Of a stretch of DNA of 64,000 nt, positions 14,784-28,680 are shown one piece after another (within the stretch, counting starts at the first letter, position 1; the number at the start of each line of letters is the position of its first letter). Both the position numbers and the translations under genes were made by a program. The notes under the pieces were generated by a model, which was not told the DNA's origin, made no database searches, and saw nothing but the letters and a program-made list of their open reading frames with translations. The DNA is from Ruditapes philippinarum (Eukaryota), in assembly GCF_026571515.1 (NCBI RefSeq), contig NW_026867092.1, positions 248,001 to 312,000 of the forward strand. Reading direction: 5' to 3'.

Positions 14784-16895
14784 CCCATTACTTCATATAC
14801 ACGCCTTTTAACGCCTTTTTCACCCCCCCCTTTTTGTTGTCTCAAATGATGAAAAAATGCCTTATTTAGGCCCCAAACACTTGTTTTTGTTTGAGAAATG
14901 TTGTTAAAAAAAGTGACCTCTTTTTCGGCGCAGCCCCCCAACCAAAAGATACATCAGGGGGTTGCCAGAAGGGGGATGTGCCCCCTTCTGTTTGGGGGGG
15001 TTTGAAGGGGGGCGGAGTCCCCCTCATCGCCAAGAAAATTTTGGACTTGTGAGAGGCTGTAAATGACCCCAGATTGATCATAAGGTAACGTGTAACCAAC
15101 GCTGAAAAGCATTTGACTCTATCTCAATCCATTGAGAAGTTGCAGCTTTTTGAAATCAATTTTGATGGAAAAAATCAACGCAAAATAGTGATTTTTGGCA
15201 ATTTTGAGATGTCCCCTCGTTGCCATGGTAACAGAAAATTTAAGCTTGAGCATGTTGTTGCAAGGGCAATGGTCCAGTCAACATTTGTGCCAAGTTTGAT
15301 TAGTGTTGAAGCAGTTTTTATAGTATTATAGCAATTTGAACTTGTAACGGGAGACTTTTCAATGAAAACAGCCATTTTTCACAAAATGCTCATGAAGTAA
15401 TTGGTTAATGAAAAAAATAAAAAAATCTAAAAAACAACAATTTTTCTTCAAATTTATATGACAGACCATGTTTGACCATGAAAAAACGCAATTAAGGGTA
15501 ATTTCAAGTATTTTCATCATTTTCTGTTAACCCATTACTTCATATACACGCCTTTTAACGCCTTTTTCACCCCCCTTTTTGTTGTCTCAAATGATGAAAA
15601 AATGCCTTATTTAGGCCCCAAACACTTGTTTTTGTTTGAGAAATGTTGTTAAAAAAAGTGACCTCTTTTTCGGCGCGGCCCCCCAACCAAAAGATACATC
15701 AGGGGGTTGCCAGAAGGGGGATGTGCCCCCTTCTGTTTGGGGGGGTTTGAAGGGGGGCGGAGTCCCCCTCATCGCCAAGAAAATTTTGGACTTGTGAGAG
15801 GCTGTAAATGACCCCAGATTGATCATAAGGTAACGTGTAACCAACGCTGAAAAGCATTTGACTCTATCTCAATCCATTGAGAAGTTGCAGCACTTTGAAA
15901 TCAATTTTGATGGAAAAAATCAACGCAAAATAGTGATTTTTGGCAATTTTGAGATGTCCCCTCGTTGCCATGGTAACAGAAAATTTAAGCCTGAGCATGT
16001 TGTTGCAAGGGCAATGGTCCAGTCAACATTTGTGCCAAGTTTGATTAGTGTTGAAGCAGTTTTTATAGTATTATAGCAATTTGAACTTGTAACGGGAGAC
16101 TTTTCAATGAAAACAGCCATTTTTCACAAAATGCTCATGAAGCAATGGGTTAATGAATAAAATAAAAAATCTACAAAACAACAATTTTTTCTTCAAATTT
16201 ATATGACAGACCATGTTTAAACATGAAAAAACGCCATTAAGGGTAATTTCAAGTATTTTCATCATTTTCTGTTAACCCATTACTTCATATACACGCCTTT
16301 TAACGCCTTTTTCACCCCCCCTTTTTGTTGTCTCAAATGATGAAAAAATGCCTTATTTAGCCCCAAACACTTGTTTTTGTTTGAGAAATGTTGTTAAAAA
16401 AAGTGACCTCTTTTTCGGCGCGGCCCCCAACCAAAAGATACATCAGGGGGTTGCCAGAAGGGGGATGTGCCCCCTTCTGTTTGGGGGGGTTTGAAGGGGG
16501 GCGGAGTCCCCCTCATCGCCAAGAAAATTTTGGACTTGTGAGAGGCTGTAAATGACCCCAGATTGATCATAAGGTAACGTGTAACCAACGCTGAAAAGCA
16601 TTTGACTCTATCTCAATCCATTGAGAAGTTGCAGCACTTTGAAATCAATTTTGATGGAAAAAATCAACGCAAAATAGTGATTTTTGGCAATTTTGAGATG
16701 TCCCCTCGTTGCCATGGTAACAGAAAATTTAAGCCTGAGCATGTTGTTGCAAGGGCAATGGTCCAGTCAACATTTGTGCCAAGTTTGATTAGTGTTGAAG
16801 CAGTTTTTATAGTATTATAGCAATTTGAACTTGTAACGGGAGACTTTTCAATGAAAACAGCCATTTTTCACAAAATGCTCATGAAGCAAATTGGG
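14784..16895. mobile_element. Three tandem copies of a ~620-bp TTAA-flanked piggyBac-like MITE (period ~745 bp)
   Basis: Copies at 14784-15404, 15531-16149 and 16276-16895. Each reads approximately TTAA|CCCATTACTTCAT...ATGAAG(C/T)AATGGG|TTAA, separated by near-identical ~120-bp spacers. This explains the triplicated ORFs in the track. Confidence 0.85.
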
Positions 16896-18684
16896 TTAAT
16901 AAAATATGATGATGATTTATTAATGAGGAAATGTTCAAAGATTTCTCTGAAGCTGTTGTGGATCATTGAAGATATAAGAGTAATAAAGGTTGAAGGTCAA
17001 GAGCAGTACACATTGACAAACTGAAGAATATCAGAAGACCATTATAAGGATGATATTATATTATATGCTTATTCATTCAATAAAATGGTTAAAGGTATTT
17101 TTAATGTTAACTCTATTGACTCCCTTAAAATAGGGACAATGCAAGTTAGATGGAAAACGTACTTCACAGAAACATTTAATATCAAAACTGACAGCTTTTA
17201 CTGGACCTTTTGTAATTGCAATTAACAAATAACTCAATAAATTAAAGTCTTTAAATACTCAAATTATTTGCATTTTTGCAAGGCTAAAAAAAGCTGAAGA
17301 AAAATTGTCATAAAAAACACTATTATGGAATGTCACTCAGAATATTTTCCATAGAAGGTAAACATGATTATTTGGAACATCTAACACAATATATGACAAT
17401 TATTAAAGTTCCATGAACAAATCAACAGACAGTCCATTACAGTAGCTATATATGACAAGCTCCCAGGAGTGCCAAAAATGCTTGAGAATCAAAAATGTTA
17501 TTAAGAAGTTTGGTTAATGCAACCTAAGGAACCTGAAACCCATCCACACAAAATTGTCTGTTAGAAATACATAATTTGGAATACAATGATACCACTGATA
17601 GAAATATTTAAGACTTAAAGAAGTTAAGTGTTGCCAACAGTAGTGCATTTTTTGCCAAAGCGAAAAAAAAATTTTTTAACGAGACAAAGTGCTGAATTTT
17701 AGAAAATTTCACACTTCTCGCAAAGTTTAAGAAAATTCTTTGCGCAAATTAGAACTTATTTAATTTGCCTTCTTTGACTTTGTAAAAAATTGTGCTACTC
17801 CAAGGAACGTCTTTCAAGAAGTTATCATATTTCTTTTGCTGAAATCAGGTATGAATCAAGGACTGTTGATATCATAAATTATAGTATTACATCATTTTTT
17901 TTTTGCCTTTTAAGGCTTTTAACAATCTGGAATTATAACTCCATGTTAGCATGACATTATTACATAATTTGTCATTACTGGATGCAATAAAGACGATAAT
18001 CATCAAATTTTCACCATCATTAAATATAAAAATAATTTATGATTACATTACATTTTGTAAAAAAGAAAAAATCTTTTCAAAATTATTTTTACAAATAGAA
18101 TGGTAATCAGGTAATTTTTATTTTCAGTAAGGTTTTGCAATAAAACCAGTCAGCTAAGGCATTTTATAATATTCTGCCAAAGTTATAAAGTTACATCGAC
18201 CTTGACACAAGAAATGATGAACACATTATGTCAGTAAATGCGATCACATTCAAAATACAACTCCAGATATAATTAACCTTGCATTGTTAAAAGATAATCA
18301 TATCAATTAGCTGACAGTCATCGAATTTAGCATTGGCACAGTGGCCAATGAAAATTAGTTCCGGCCAGTGAAAATTAGGTCGGGCCAGTGAAAATTTTAA
18401 GAAAATTTAGTTAAATATATAGCAGAATAAATTCAAAACTGGAATTCAGGCTAGTGAATAAAAAAATCTTAAATTCATTGACTCAAGGGCAAATATATGT
18501 ACAAACTACAATGTTTACTTCTTTTTATTCTTTCTTTAAAAAGGAACAATTAATTGGAACACAAATTTAACAGTGTCTTTCAGACCTTACTCTTAAAAAT
18601 TTACTTTCTTTTTGCAACAACATAAAATACAGAAGTGTATACAAACATTATCACTTAAGACCCTGGGCTTAAGATAATTGTCTA

Positions 18685-20092
18685 AACAAGAGCTGTCGGT
18701 AGGACAGCAACGCTCGACTATTCTTAGTGCTTGATAGTAAAAAAAATGCTTGATAGAGTTACCTCCTCCTGTTTACAGGTTGGGGTCATGATGGTGAACA
18801 AGTGTGCAAAGTTTCAAAGCCATATGTCAATGGACTTTGAAAATATTTGAACTATTACAAAAACTTTAACGTAAATTCTAAGTCGAAAAAGGGGCATAAT
18901 TCTGTCAAAATGCTTGATAGAGTTACCTCCTCCTGTTTACAGGTTGGGGTCATGATGGTGAACAAGTGTGCAAAGTTTCAAAGCCATATGTCAATGGACT
19001 TTGAAAATATTTGAACTATTACAAAAACTTTAACGTAAATTCTAAGTCGAAAAAGGGGCATAATTCTGTCAAAATGCTTGATAGAGTTACCTCCTCCTGT
19101 TTCCAGGTTGGGGTCATGATGGTGAACAAGTGTGTAAAGTTTCAAAGCCATATGTCAATGGACTTTGAAAATATTTGAACTATTACAAATACTTTAACGT
19201 AAATTCTAAGTCAAAAAGGGGCATAATTCTGTCAAAATGCTTGATAGAGTACTTCCTCCTGTTTAAAGGTTGGGGTCATGATGTTGAACAAGTGTGCAAA
19301 GTTTCAAAGCCATATGTCAATGGACTTTGAAAATATTTGAACTATTACAAAAACTTTAACGTAAATTCTAAGTCAAAAAGGGGCATAATTCTGTCAAAAT
19401 GCTTGATAGAGTTACCTCCTCCTGTCTTCAGGTTGGGGTCATGATGGTGAACAAGTGTGCAAAGTTTCAAAGCCATATGTCAATGGACTTTGAAAATATT
19501 TGAACTATTACAAAAACTTTAACATAAATTCTAAGTCGAAAAAGGGCATAATTCTGTCAAAATGCTTGATAGAGTTACCTCCTCCTGTTTACAGGTTGGG
19601 GTCATGATGTTGAACAAGTGTGCAAAGTTTCAAAGCCATATGTCAATGGACTTTGAAAATATTTGAACTATTACAAAAACTTTAACGTAAATTCTAAGTC
19701 GAAAAAGGGGCATAATTCTGTCAAAATGCTTGATAGAGTTACCTCCTCCTGTTTACAGGTTGGGGTCATGATGTTGAACAAGTGTGCAAAGTTTCAAAGC
19801 CATATGTCAATGGACTTTGAAAATATTTGAACTATTACAAAAACTTTAACATAAATTCTAAGTCGAAAAAGGGGCATAATTCTGTCAAAATGCTTGATAG
19901 AGTTACCTCCTCCTGTCTACAGGTTGGGGTCATGATGGTAAACAAGTGTGCAAAGTTTCAAAGCCATATGTCTATGGACTTTGAAAATATTTGAACTATT
20001 ACAAAAACTTTAACATAAGTGGTTACGCCGACGCCGACGCTCGGGTGACTGCAATAGCTCTACTTATTCTTATCGAATAGTCGAGCTAAAAA
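18685..20092 (+). mobile_element. Non-autonomous Helentron/HINE-like element with ~8 copies of a 164-bp repeat
   Basis: 5' AACAAGAGCTGTC..GACAGC hairpin and subterminal inverted repeat GCTCGACTATT / AATAGTCGAGC. Units start at 18746, 18910, 19074, 19237, 19399, 19562, 19726 and 19890. (GACGCC)n near the 3' end. Confidence 0.85.
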
Positions 20093-21199
20093 GCAGCTAC
20101 TAAGCTTTTATTTTAAATCAGAATTATGAGCACATACAGTCATTAAAAGACCCTGACAATAATCTTAAACCATAATTTAATATAACAAGTTTAAGTAATT
20201 CATATACTATTTCAATCTTGACATTCTTTAGGAAAGCAAAATTTTAGCACCAACACACAGGATCTTGGTTATTTATATGAGTAATTCGGTAAATAGAATT
20301 CAAATTCCTAATGATTGCCAGTGTAAGAAAGTAACAGACATACATCAAAGACATTAGGCTCCTCTGATTCTATAATGAAATATGACAATAAAAGAAGGAG
20401 CCTGTCACAACAGTATTATAACTGTCTACATTCAAATGGTTTGTAATAAATCTTTAAATCATATTGCAATAAATATCTTAAAAGGCCAAGGTTAACTTTA
20501 TTATGACAATAAAACCAAACTTTTATGGACAAAAGTAATAATTGTCTTGAAAGATAGATGATACAATATTAATCAAAGTTTATAGGTATACTTAAACCAT
20601 TAAATGTCAAGTAATCTACGTCATAGTTATTTAAAATCAGAGGTCATTTAAATAATTAAAAAAACAAAAAACACATCTTTTTCTATTGGCTTATCATATG
20701 CAATATAATTATAAACTATAAACATTCGACAATATTTATATTTATTTGACATAAATAAATAAATCATCATAAACATGCTTTATATCAAATTAACAAAAGA
20801 ATACATTATTCAGGACATACACAAACACAAAAAAAACAACATACCTGATTTAAATATTAAAAAACATAATCAGCATTATATATAATTAAATTATAAACTC
20901 ACTTTTACATATCTACCTTAATGACTGTACCCGTTAATCCGAAAATTTACAATACATGAACTAAATACACGTAAATGTGTATACAAGAAGTCGTAATCAG
21001 TTTTCACACCACTAGTTTTAAATGCCCAATATTTTAGGTGTCATTCGATAATAGGCATTATTGATCTTTGAGTTCCTATCAGGCAAGTCTTAAACTTTAA
21101 GAAGCCAAAAATTTTAAGACGTTTGACCGAGATTATAGATATGAATACCACACTTCCACACTACAAAATACTACACGAGATACTACTAGACTTTATACA

Positions 21200-23883
21200 C
21201 ACGGGGGAGGAAGTGTTACACGAAGGATGGAGTTCTTATGATAACTTGTTTGGAGTTCTTATGATAACTGTCACGGAGTTCCTGGAAAACGTTACGGATT
21301 TCTGTGGAAAACTTTTCTATATACTTGGAGAACTCGCGTAAAAAATGGTTATTTTTAACTTTAAATGGGGAGTTTGAGGTGCTAAATTAAACTTTGATAA
21401 TTAAACTTGTCCAACATATTGTATTTTGTTTCAGAAAAAATCTTTAAGTCCATATTTTGTCGCCTTTTTAAAAAAAATCTGGTAGTTTTGAGAAAAATTT
21501 CCAAATTACTTGCTAATTCGTACATATTGACCTTTTCATTTGTGATCTTCTTCGTTGCTAAACTTAATTACCTAATTTTAGTGGAGAGTTGCAAACATAA
21601 AGCCCAGGCTAATAAATTTATACCCGATTTTTCAAATGTTACGGAGTTCTTGCGATAACTCAAAATATGTCCTGGAGTTCTTATGATAACTTTTGTTACT
21701 GCCAGTGTGTTTTTGTGCTTAATCTGCTTAATCACAGCACGTTTAAGCGTATTTTATTAGTCAATAAGTGTGTAAATCATTATAAGCATAGAACGCTTAT
21801 CATTTGCACAAAAATTTGGTGATAAAACGTTGGTTTTGATCGTGTTTTTCAGTTCAAGAGATATTTTTCTTACCTCCGTTTCTTGTGTTTTTTGTGTTTG
21901 TTTTGGTCTTTTTGTGTGTGTGTTTTTTTATTTTATTGGAATGACTGTAAACATACTTGATGTAGAGCATTTACTTACAGGATAAAAATACGCTTTGAAT
22001 TTAATACTCAAGCATGATTTCGTCATATATACATTATTCCTGGCAGTTTTAGAGAACATTAAGTAACTATGCTATCGGTATGCATGTAAATGGTTTTCAG
22101 CAAAATAGGAGGTAGTATGCACTACCTTTATCTAAATTTAATGAGGTGGGTGTCGTCTTTATGTATTCAACGGGTATTTCAATTTCTAAAAGGTATCAGT
22201 TTTTGTCATAGAAACGTATAAAGTTCTATGACAATGATATGACGATAGAAAGTAAGTTTTCAATAAGATATGTTAGTAACCGTAAGGTTCATGCCGTTTA
22301 TCGACCTTGTTCCTTTCTCTATTAGATCCAATGTAGCATCACGTGACGTACAGCAATTTCCATATTTCGGAAAATTACTGCATACATTTTTCTTATCAAA
22401 GTTGGAGTCCTAGTGGAAATTTTGCAACAACTTTTGCTGTAATTGATTACAAAAATATATTGTCGAACTTCTTTCGCTCGAACCCGTAGGGCACGTGCAA
22501 ATCTGTCGAAGAGATCGGTAGTAATCGGTTGATTTTTTATGCATAAAAAGATCATACATTTCGGGTACATGGGTGTGAAGGATATCCCGGTTATATACGA
22601 TACATGGTATATAATGATACAATTTACTTAGCCGCTTCTTGAGGGAAGCCCAACTACTTATTGTCTGCTTTAGAAAGGCGGTTGCTTAAAACATGTAACT
22701 GAGAAAAAAGTGTAAGTTTTAAACAATTTTTCCTTGGCAGTTTAAGCCATGTTACTGCTGAATACAGGTGACCGCTGATTCAGGTTTTCCTGAAGATTTT
22801 TGTTTGTTTGTTTGTTTCATTTTACGCCTTTTCCCAACAGTATTTCAGTCATATGGGCGGGTAGTTTCCTAACCATCGTTCCTGGAGAGTTACACCAGTA
22901 CTAGACTACCTTCCTCCGTGCTAAACTACCAAAGCATCTCCCGGGGATCGAACCCACGCCAGAGATGACACTGGATTAGAAGTCATCGACTCAAACCCCT
23001 CGACCACCTGAAGATAGCTTAGCACCTGTTTATCCTATGTAGACTGTACACCAAAGCAGTTTCATGTCTTCTCCAGATATATTGAATGATCGTGTTTTAA
23101 TTTTGCCTCATGGCCTCAATGTTGCATTTGCGGAAACTTATGACATAAAAAATTTGTTGACGAACAGTATACACAGAAACATTTAGTGCATTCGTTGGGT
23201 TTTATAATGTCAATATGATTTCGCACAATTTAATTAGGAACTAAAACACGATCAAAACCAACGTTATATAACCAAATTTTGTGCAAATGATAAGCGTACT
23301 ATGCTTAATAATGATTTACACACTTATTGACTAATAAAATACATTTAAACGTGCCGTAATCAAGCACAAGAAACACACTGGCAGTAACAAAGGTTATCAT
23401 AAGAACTCCAGGACATATTTTGAGTTATCACAAGAACTCCGTAACATTTGAAAAATCGGGTATACATTTATTAGCCCGGGCTTTATGTTTGCAAATCTCC
23501 ACTATAATTAGGTGATTATGTATAGCAACGAAGAAGATCACAAATGAAAAGGCCAATATGTACGAATTAGCAAGTAATTTGGAATTTTTTCTCAAAACTA
23601 CCAGATTTTTTTAAAAAGGCGACAAAATATGGACTAAAAGATTTTTTTCTGAAACATAATACAATATGTAGGGCAAGCTTAATTATCAAAGTTTAACTTA
23701 GCACCTCAAACTCCCCATTTAAAGTTAAAAATAACCATTTTTTACGCGAGTTCTCCAAGTATATAGAAAAGTTTTCCACAGAAATCCGTAACGTTTTCCA
23801 GGAACTCCGTAACAGTTATCATAAGAACTCCAAACAAGTTATCATAAGAACTCCATCTATCGTGTAACACTTCCTCCCCCGTG
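21200..23883. mobile_element. Non-autonomous DNA transposon with ~650-bp TIRs, CAC...GTG termini and 5-bp TSD (Transib/RAG-like)
   Basis: Left TIR 21200-~21855 (CACGGGGGAGGAAGTGTTACACGA) and right TIR ~23238-23883 (TCGTGTAACACTTCCTCCCCCGTG). ATACA flanks both sides (21195-21199, 23884-23888). No transposase ORF. Confidence 0.8.
22798..23006 (-). mobile_element. tRNA-derived SINE inserted inside the TIR element
   Basis: Minus strand has an A-box-like GTGGTCGAGGGG, a B-box GGTTCGATCCC and an (AAAC)n tail. TSD CCTGAAGAT at 22789-22797 and 23007-23015. Same family as 42181-42383. Confidence 0.85.
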
Positions 23884-23949
23884 ATACACCTACTTTACTA
23901 GCAACCTTGATTCTTATATCATTAGTCCATACTTGATGCACTTAATTAA

Positions 23950-24276
23950 AGGGACTCCACTAAGGTTTTTTGACTGAATGAAAATAATAATCCAAAAATA
24001 ATGCTCTATTTGACGTTGGTGTAAACCCATAACTTGTGTGCAAAATTTTAAATCATTCACTTACTCTGTTTTTCCAACTGTGAAAAATAACCCAAAATGG
24101 AAAAGTATTGCACAAATGCGGCTAAGAATAGCACGAAAATACAACTTTCTTTTTGAGCATATTGCTTAATAATCTTCCGATTCTCTTTCTGTTTTAATAA
24201 TCTAAGTGCCCTTGCTGATCTTTATAAGAAAATCCAATTCTAAGTTTTAAGCTTTTGGCCTGACAGCAGAGTTCCT
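23950..24276. mobile_element. TTAA-flanked MITE (Kolobok-like)
   Basis: TTAA|AGGGACTCCAC...GAGTTCCT|TTAA. Related left ends occur at 25733 and ~57990. Confidence 0.55.
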
Positions 24277-25732
24277 TTAAAAACATAACAATAAAACTAA
24301 CCCAAAGAAACATCACAAATATACTCAAAACTCTCAGCATTTAAAAAAAAACACACTAGAAATGTGTTCATATGACACCTATGCCCCGCATTCTACTGTT
24401 TTATCAGTCTTTGGACGGACAAATGGACAGATGTCCTAACATTGGGCTACTAAGGTGGCTACTCTTTTGTTCTCCCTATTGTTTTTTAGCCACATACAAG
24501 CATAGCCACATTACAGCTTACATAATGAATTAAATCAAAGGAAATGTATAGTTACATATTGTTCCGGTAGCCACCAAAGTACCCAAATGTATGCAAAGTG
24601 TGAAAGAGGGATTGAAAGACAAGGGTAAATCTATACCTATGTATAATGTATGATATCTTGTTTCCTACAATTAAAGTCATATTGAACTAACTTCTATGAC
24701 CTTAATACTCTGGCTATATTATTAAGCATTATATTACAAGAATCATTTTCCTAAAGTAACAATCAGAAATATGCTCCAGCATTTGCTAATTTTTGCATCC
24801 ATATTCATTCCATCATTTTAAAATAAAAACTTGTAAGAATATTGGTTCAACCATCATTATTTAAAATATATAGTCACCTTAAGCAAAGAAACCCCAAAAT
24901 TTAAAAAACTAACAAAGTAAATACCTTATGCAGATTGACATACAATCATAGCTGCTAGGTTTCTTGAGAAAGTATTAATTTAATCAAATAAACTTTCAGA
25001 CTTTCCACGACAGTCAAAATTCTGCAGAATTTTAAAAGAATAATAAATGTGTTTTTATCAATAAATAAAATCTCATAAACCAGAATCTTCATCCAGTGGA
25101 TCAAACAGCACTTATGTCTAACTAACTACCCGCATTCTGGAGCCATCGCAGCAGTACATAATAACCAAGGGTGATATTTACACCTTTACACTGTAATGAC
25201 TTCAAAGCAAAAAAAAAACCCATTCTGGAAGTCTTCCAACATAATGAAGTATTTAAACAAGCACATGCCAGGTATTTGTGGAAACCGAGGAAAGAAAAAT
25301 AATTAGGATGTTCAAAACATAAATCAAGATGACATCAATGTCATATACAGACTTAACATGAACTTTAATTTAGCTGTATTGTATAAAAGACTAAAGTAGA
25401 ATATTTAACTTGGCATAAATTGTCAGAACTTTATCCAAAATTTGGAGCTTTGTAATTAATGATCCAGTCAAAAGACTGTATGTATGTATTTTGGCACTCA
25501 ATTTCTAAAACCTTTGAAAAAATCTCAAAACTTTTCAGCCTAAAAGGTACAGTTACAAGTAAAAACATTTCTTTGTTGAGATTTTAAAGGAGAAACACTC
25601 TAGATTAATGCAGATTTTTATGAAAAAATAAAAAATTGTTCTAATTAGTAGTTTACAAATTAAGTGGCTTCCACTACACTTATACTACAGCAATTATATC
25701 TAAAATTTCAAATATACAGAAACAGCCCTTAA

Positions 25733-26153
25733 AGGAACTCCACTGAGGTCCAAAAGCCTACAAGCATAAAATTTAAATGTCTTACATAGATCAGCTGTGG
25801 CACTTAATTAAAACAAAAAGATATGCAAAATATAATTTAGTACTCTAAAATATATTGAAAATTGTCTTTTTGTGCTATTATAAGCCCAATTTGAGTTAAA
25901 AGCATTGAAATGTTTTTCAATTTTTGGTCATTTTCACAATAAGATCAATTATGATCGTTCTAGGTAGCATATTATTGCATTTACATAACCATAGTGCTCT
26001 GTGCAGGTTTGGAACTTCTTGGAATTGTGCTTTCAGGTACAATATTATTTAAGAGAACTTAAAATCACATTTTTATGGGGTTGAAAAAATCCTATTTCTT
26101 GCCTATTATAGTATACAGAATGAAAGACTACACTTTAAGAAAGTGGAGCACCT
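25733..26153. mobile_element. Degenerate TTAA-flanked MITE (Kolobok-like), same family as 23950
   Basis: TTAA|AGGAACTCCACTGAGG...GTGGAGCACCT|CTAA. Confidence 0.4.
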
Positions 26154-28259
26154 CTAAGGAATTCTGAGTATGCACAGTTTTACTGCACTATTCAAAGATA
26201 TTATAAAGCAGCTAAAAAGTTGATTTATATCAGTTTTACATTCCACTTACATTAAAAATCAAATTATCATAATAAAAACCTTATTGGATAAAATCTTATT
26301 CTGATTTTGGTTTGTTGCTTTCTTTCTTAGAGGGGAAGTGCTTGTAAGGCTTAACCAAGGTCTGTCAATTGTAAAAACCCAGACATAACTATTATCAAGG
26401 ATGTATTATTAATTAGTATTACTAGAATACATTCCAGCTAAGTTATACACATCAAACAATAGCAAAACATGTATTTATATTATCATAAATCTGCTTTAAG
26501 AATGGTAAATATTATGAAATTCCTCTAAGAATGGTATTAAATACTATGAATGCTCTATACATGTACATATACTATGAGAAGTATGTGGAAAGTGTTGTCC
26601 CAGTAAAAGTATGGTTATCTCTTTGATTTAAGGGTGACATGGAACGGAATAGAATCTAAAAATGTTACAGTTCATAGTCATGTGTGTAGTGGCAAGTCCA
26701 GTGAGTGACACTTAAACAAAAGTGATGAAACTCCTGACAGGATTTCCATTAACTTAATTTCCAAAATTTGGAAGTCTGAGAGTGCAAAATATCTAACACT
26801 AGAAGTCACATTGTATATATATGTATATAGGTCTACCCAGTTTATCAGCTAGAGTACAAACAGTTGACTCCAACTTTGGCATGGCACTAAGAATCTCTCA
26901 ATGGACTGCAGTTGCCAAGGAAAAGATATAAAGTCCAATAGATGGCTTGTGTACATTATTGAGAACTTCACTGACCACTTAACAACTGTAAGCTCTGTAA
27001 GATCAACAGCTACACACCCCAGGAGGGAGACTTGGAAGAATTGATAAAAGGCATTTTAAGATTATATTAGACTTTATGACAATTTTTCACATATTATTTG
27101 TTTATTCTGCATGTCAGCCCCCTTTTCCCCTAATCAAATTTAAAATTTGTGGTTAAATTTCCAAATATGGAAGGCTAAGGCCTCTTTGGAATTTCTGAGA
27201 GAATCGCCACGCCCACACGAAACATTGGACTGTCATGGGAATTTCTTGGAAAATTCCCCCTCCCCCAATACACAAAAATAAAGGTTTGTTGAATGATGAG
27301 CTATTTATATTAGTGTGATAAACTGTCACCATGATGTTATGAATGCTTGATTTTATCATCACAAATACAAAGTACTAAAAGAAAGTATGTTTTCTTGTAT
27401 AACTATAATATTCACTGCCCTCAGAAAGTGAAATTCTGGGTTGAAGCTCACCAAGAAAAAAAATGGAGATAATTGACTTCTTTCTCCAAACAAAATTAAA
27501 AGATAGGCTATTCTAATGAGAGAGGAAGAAATTATCCAATTAATATTCTAAATTGTGAATTTAATTTAAATATTGATGATTTAACAGTAAAGCACTGCAA
27601 TATTCAACAACTATTAGAGGTGAACGATTAAACCAGTATACTATAAGGATTAATTAATAACTTAATACCATGGGTTTTAGTGAAAAAAAATGTGGTAAAG
27701 TATACTGCAGTAATTTTTTCTTGCATATCAAACTCTAGTCCAACTAATTGTACTGCGCAACGAGATAGGGTGCTATTTTCCAGTCTGGGCAATATCTCGC
27801 CTCTACAAAAGCCAGATTCTGCCTAGAACAAAAATAACTCAAAATCTAGCATTGGCACGTAAATATATTTTGACTAAACAAACTCTATAGACAACCTTGT
27901 AAAAAATAGTCTAAAATTTATTTTTTTACGTCCAGAGTTTTTAAAGGAGATTGCCTTTTTTCTTCATTCCTAAAGCCTGTACCTGTACTGAACAGCTGAA
28001 GTGAACAGGTGAATCCTTAGCTAAAGAGACTTAAGCAAAGATTTTATAGTACTGCTAGACCTGTTCGCTGAAGCCAATCCCGTATCGAAAGTCAACCAGA
28101 ACCGTGACATATTTTTGTCATGCTGTAATTCAATAAATTTGCGTGATCTGGACAAAAGCTATTTTACCACAGGTAGTTAGATATATTTGGGACACTTCAG
28201 TCTATATTTTTGAACACAGAACGTTAGATTGATGAAATAATGCCTCAAAGTTTATCAGT

Positions 28260-28680
28260 GGGTTCACATTTCATAAAATTAGCCGCCATTGCTGCCCTAA
28301 TTATCACGTGACTAGCGAGAATTTAGGTTCGGATACCTTTGCATGACATTTGGTGACGCGTGACCAAAATGCTATTTTTAATTGAAAACATGGCTTTTGT
28401 AATTATGAGTAACAGTGTATTTATTCGATAACAGACATTGTACCAAAACATGTAGGATTTATATTGTTTTGAGTGATGATTCAATTGAATTATTTGTTTG
28501 TTTTTATATAAAATCGTACACTTACTAAAAATAGTGTATGGTCCTTTACTAAAAATAGATGCTAGAATTCCCAAAACTTGAAGTCCCGCGAGATTTCATT
28601 AGAAAGCAGACTCCATATTGGTAAACATTCTCTACATATTTCCCTAACAAATAGTTGGGTTCACAATGTCATGTAAGTTT
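28260..28680. promoter_or_regulatory. Probable CpG-containing bidirectional promoter and first non-coding exon of STAMBP
   Basis: YY1-like AGCCGCCATT (28281-28290), E-box/CLEAR-like TCACGTGAC (28304-28312), TCCCGCGAGA (~28584) and a + strand donor AT|GTAAGT at 28672/28673. The STAMBP ATG exon begins at an acceptor, so an upstream exon is required. Confidence 0.5.

Noticed and set aside
14866-16864. Triplicated 64-77 aa ORFs as a small gene family
   Set aside because: They lie within MITE copies, overlap on both strands, one copy is frameshifted, and they carry no protein motifs.
18746-20017. Regular arrays (also 2921-3945 and 14784-16895) as CRISPR-like
   Set aside because: Units are wholly repeated with no unique spacers, there are no cas genes, and the context is eukaryotic.
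22930-23006. tRNA gene (A/B boxes; also ~52030-52105)
   Set aside because: These are heads of SINEs with a body, an (AAAC)n tail and, for this copy, a TSD; no complete cloverleaf.
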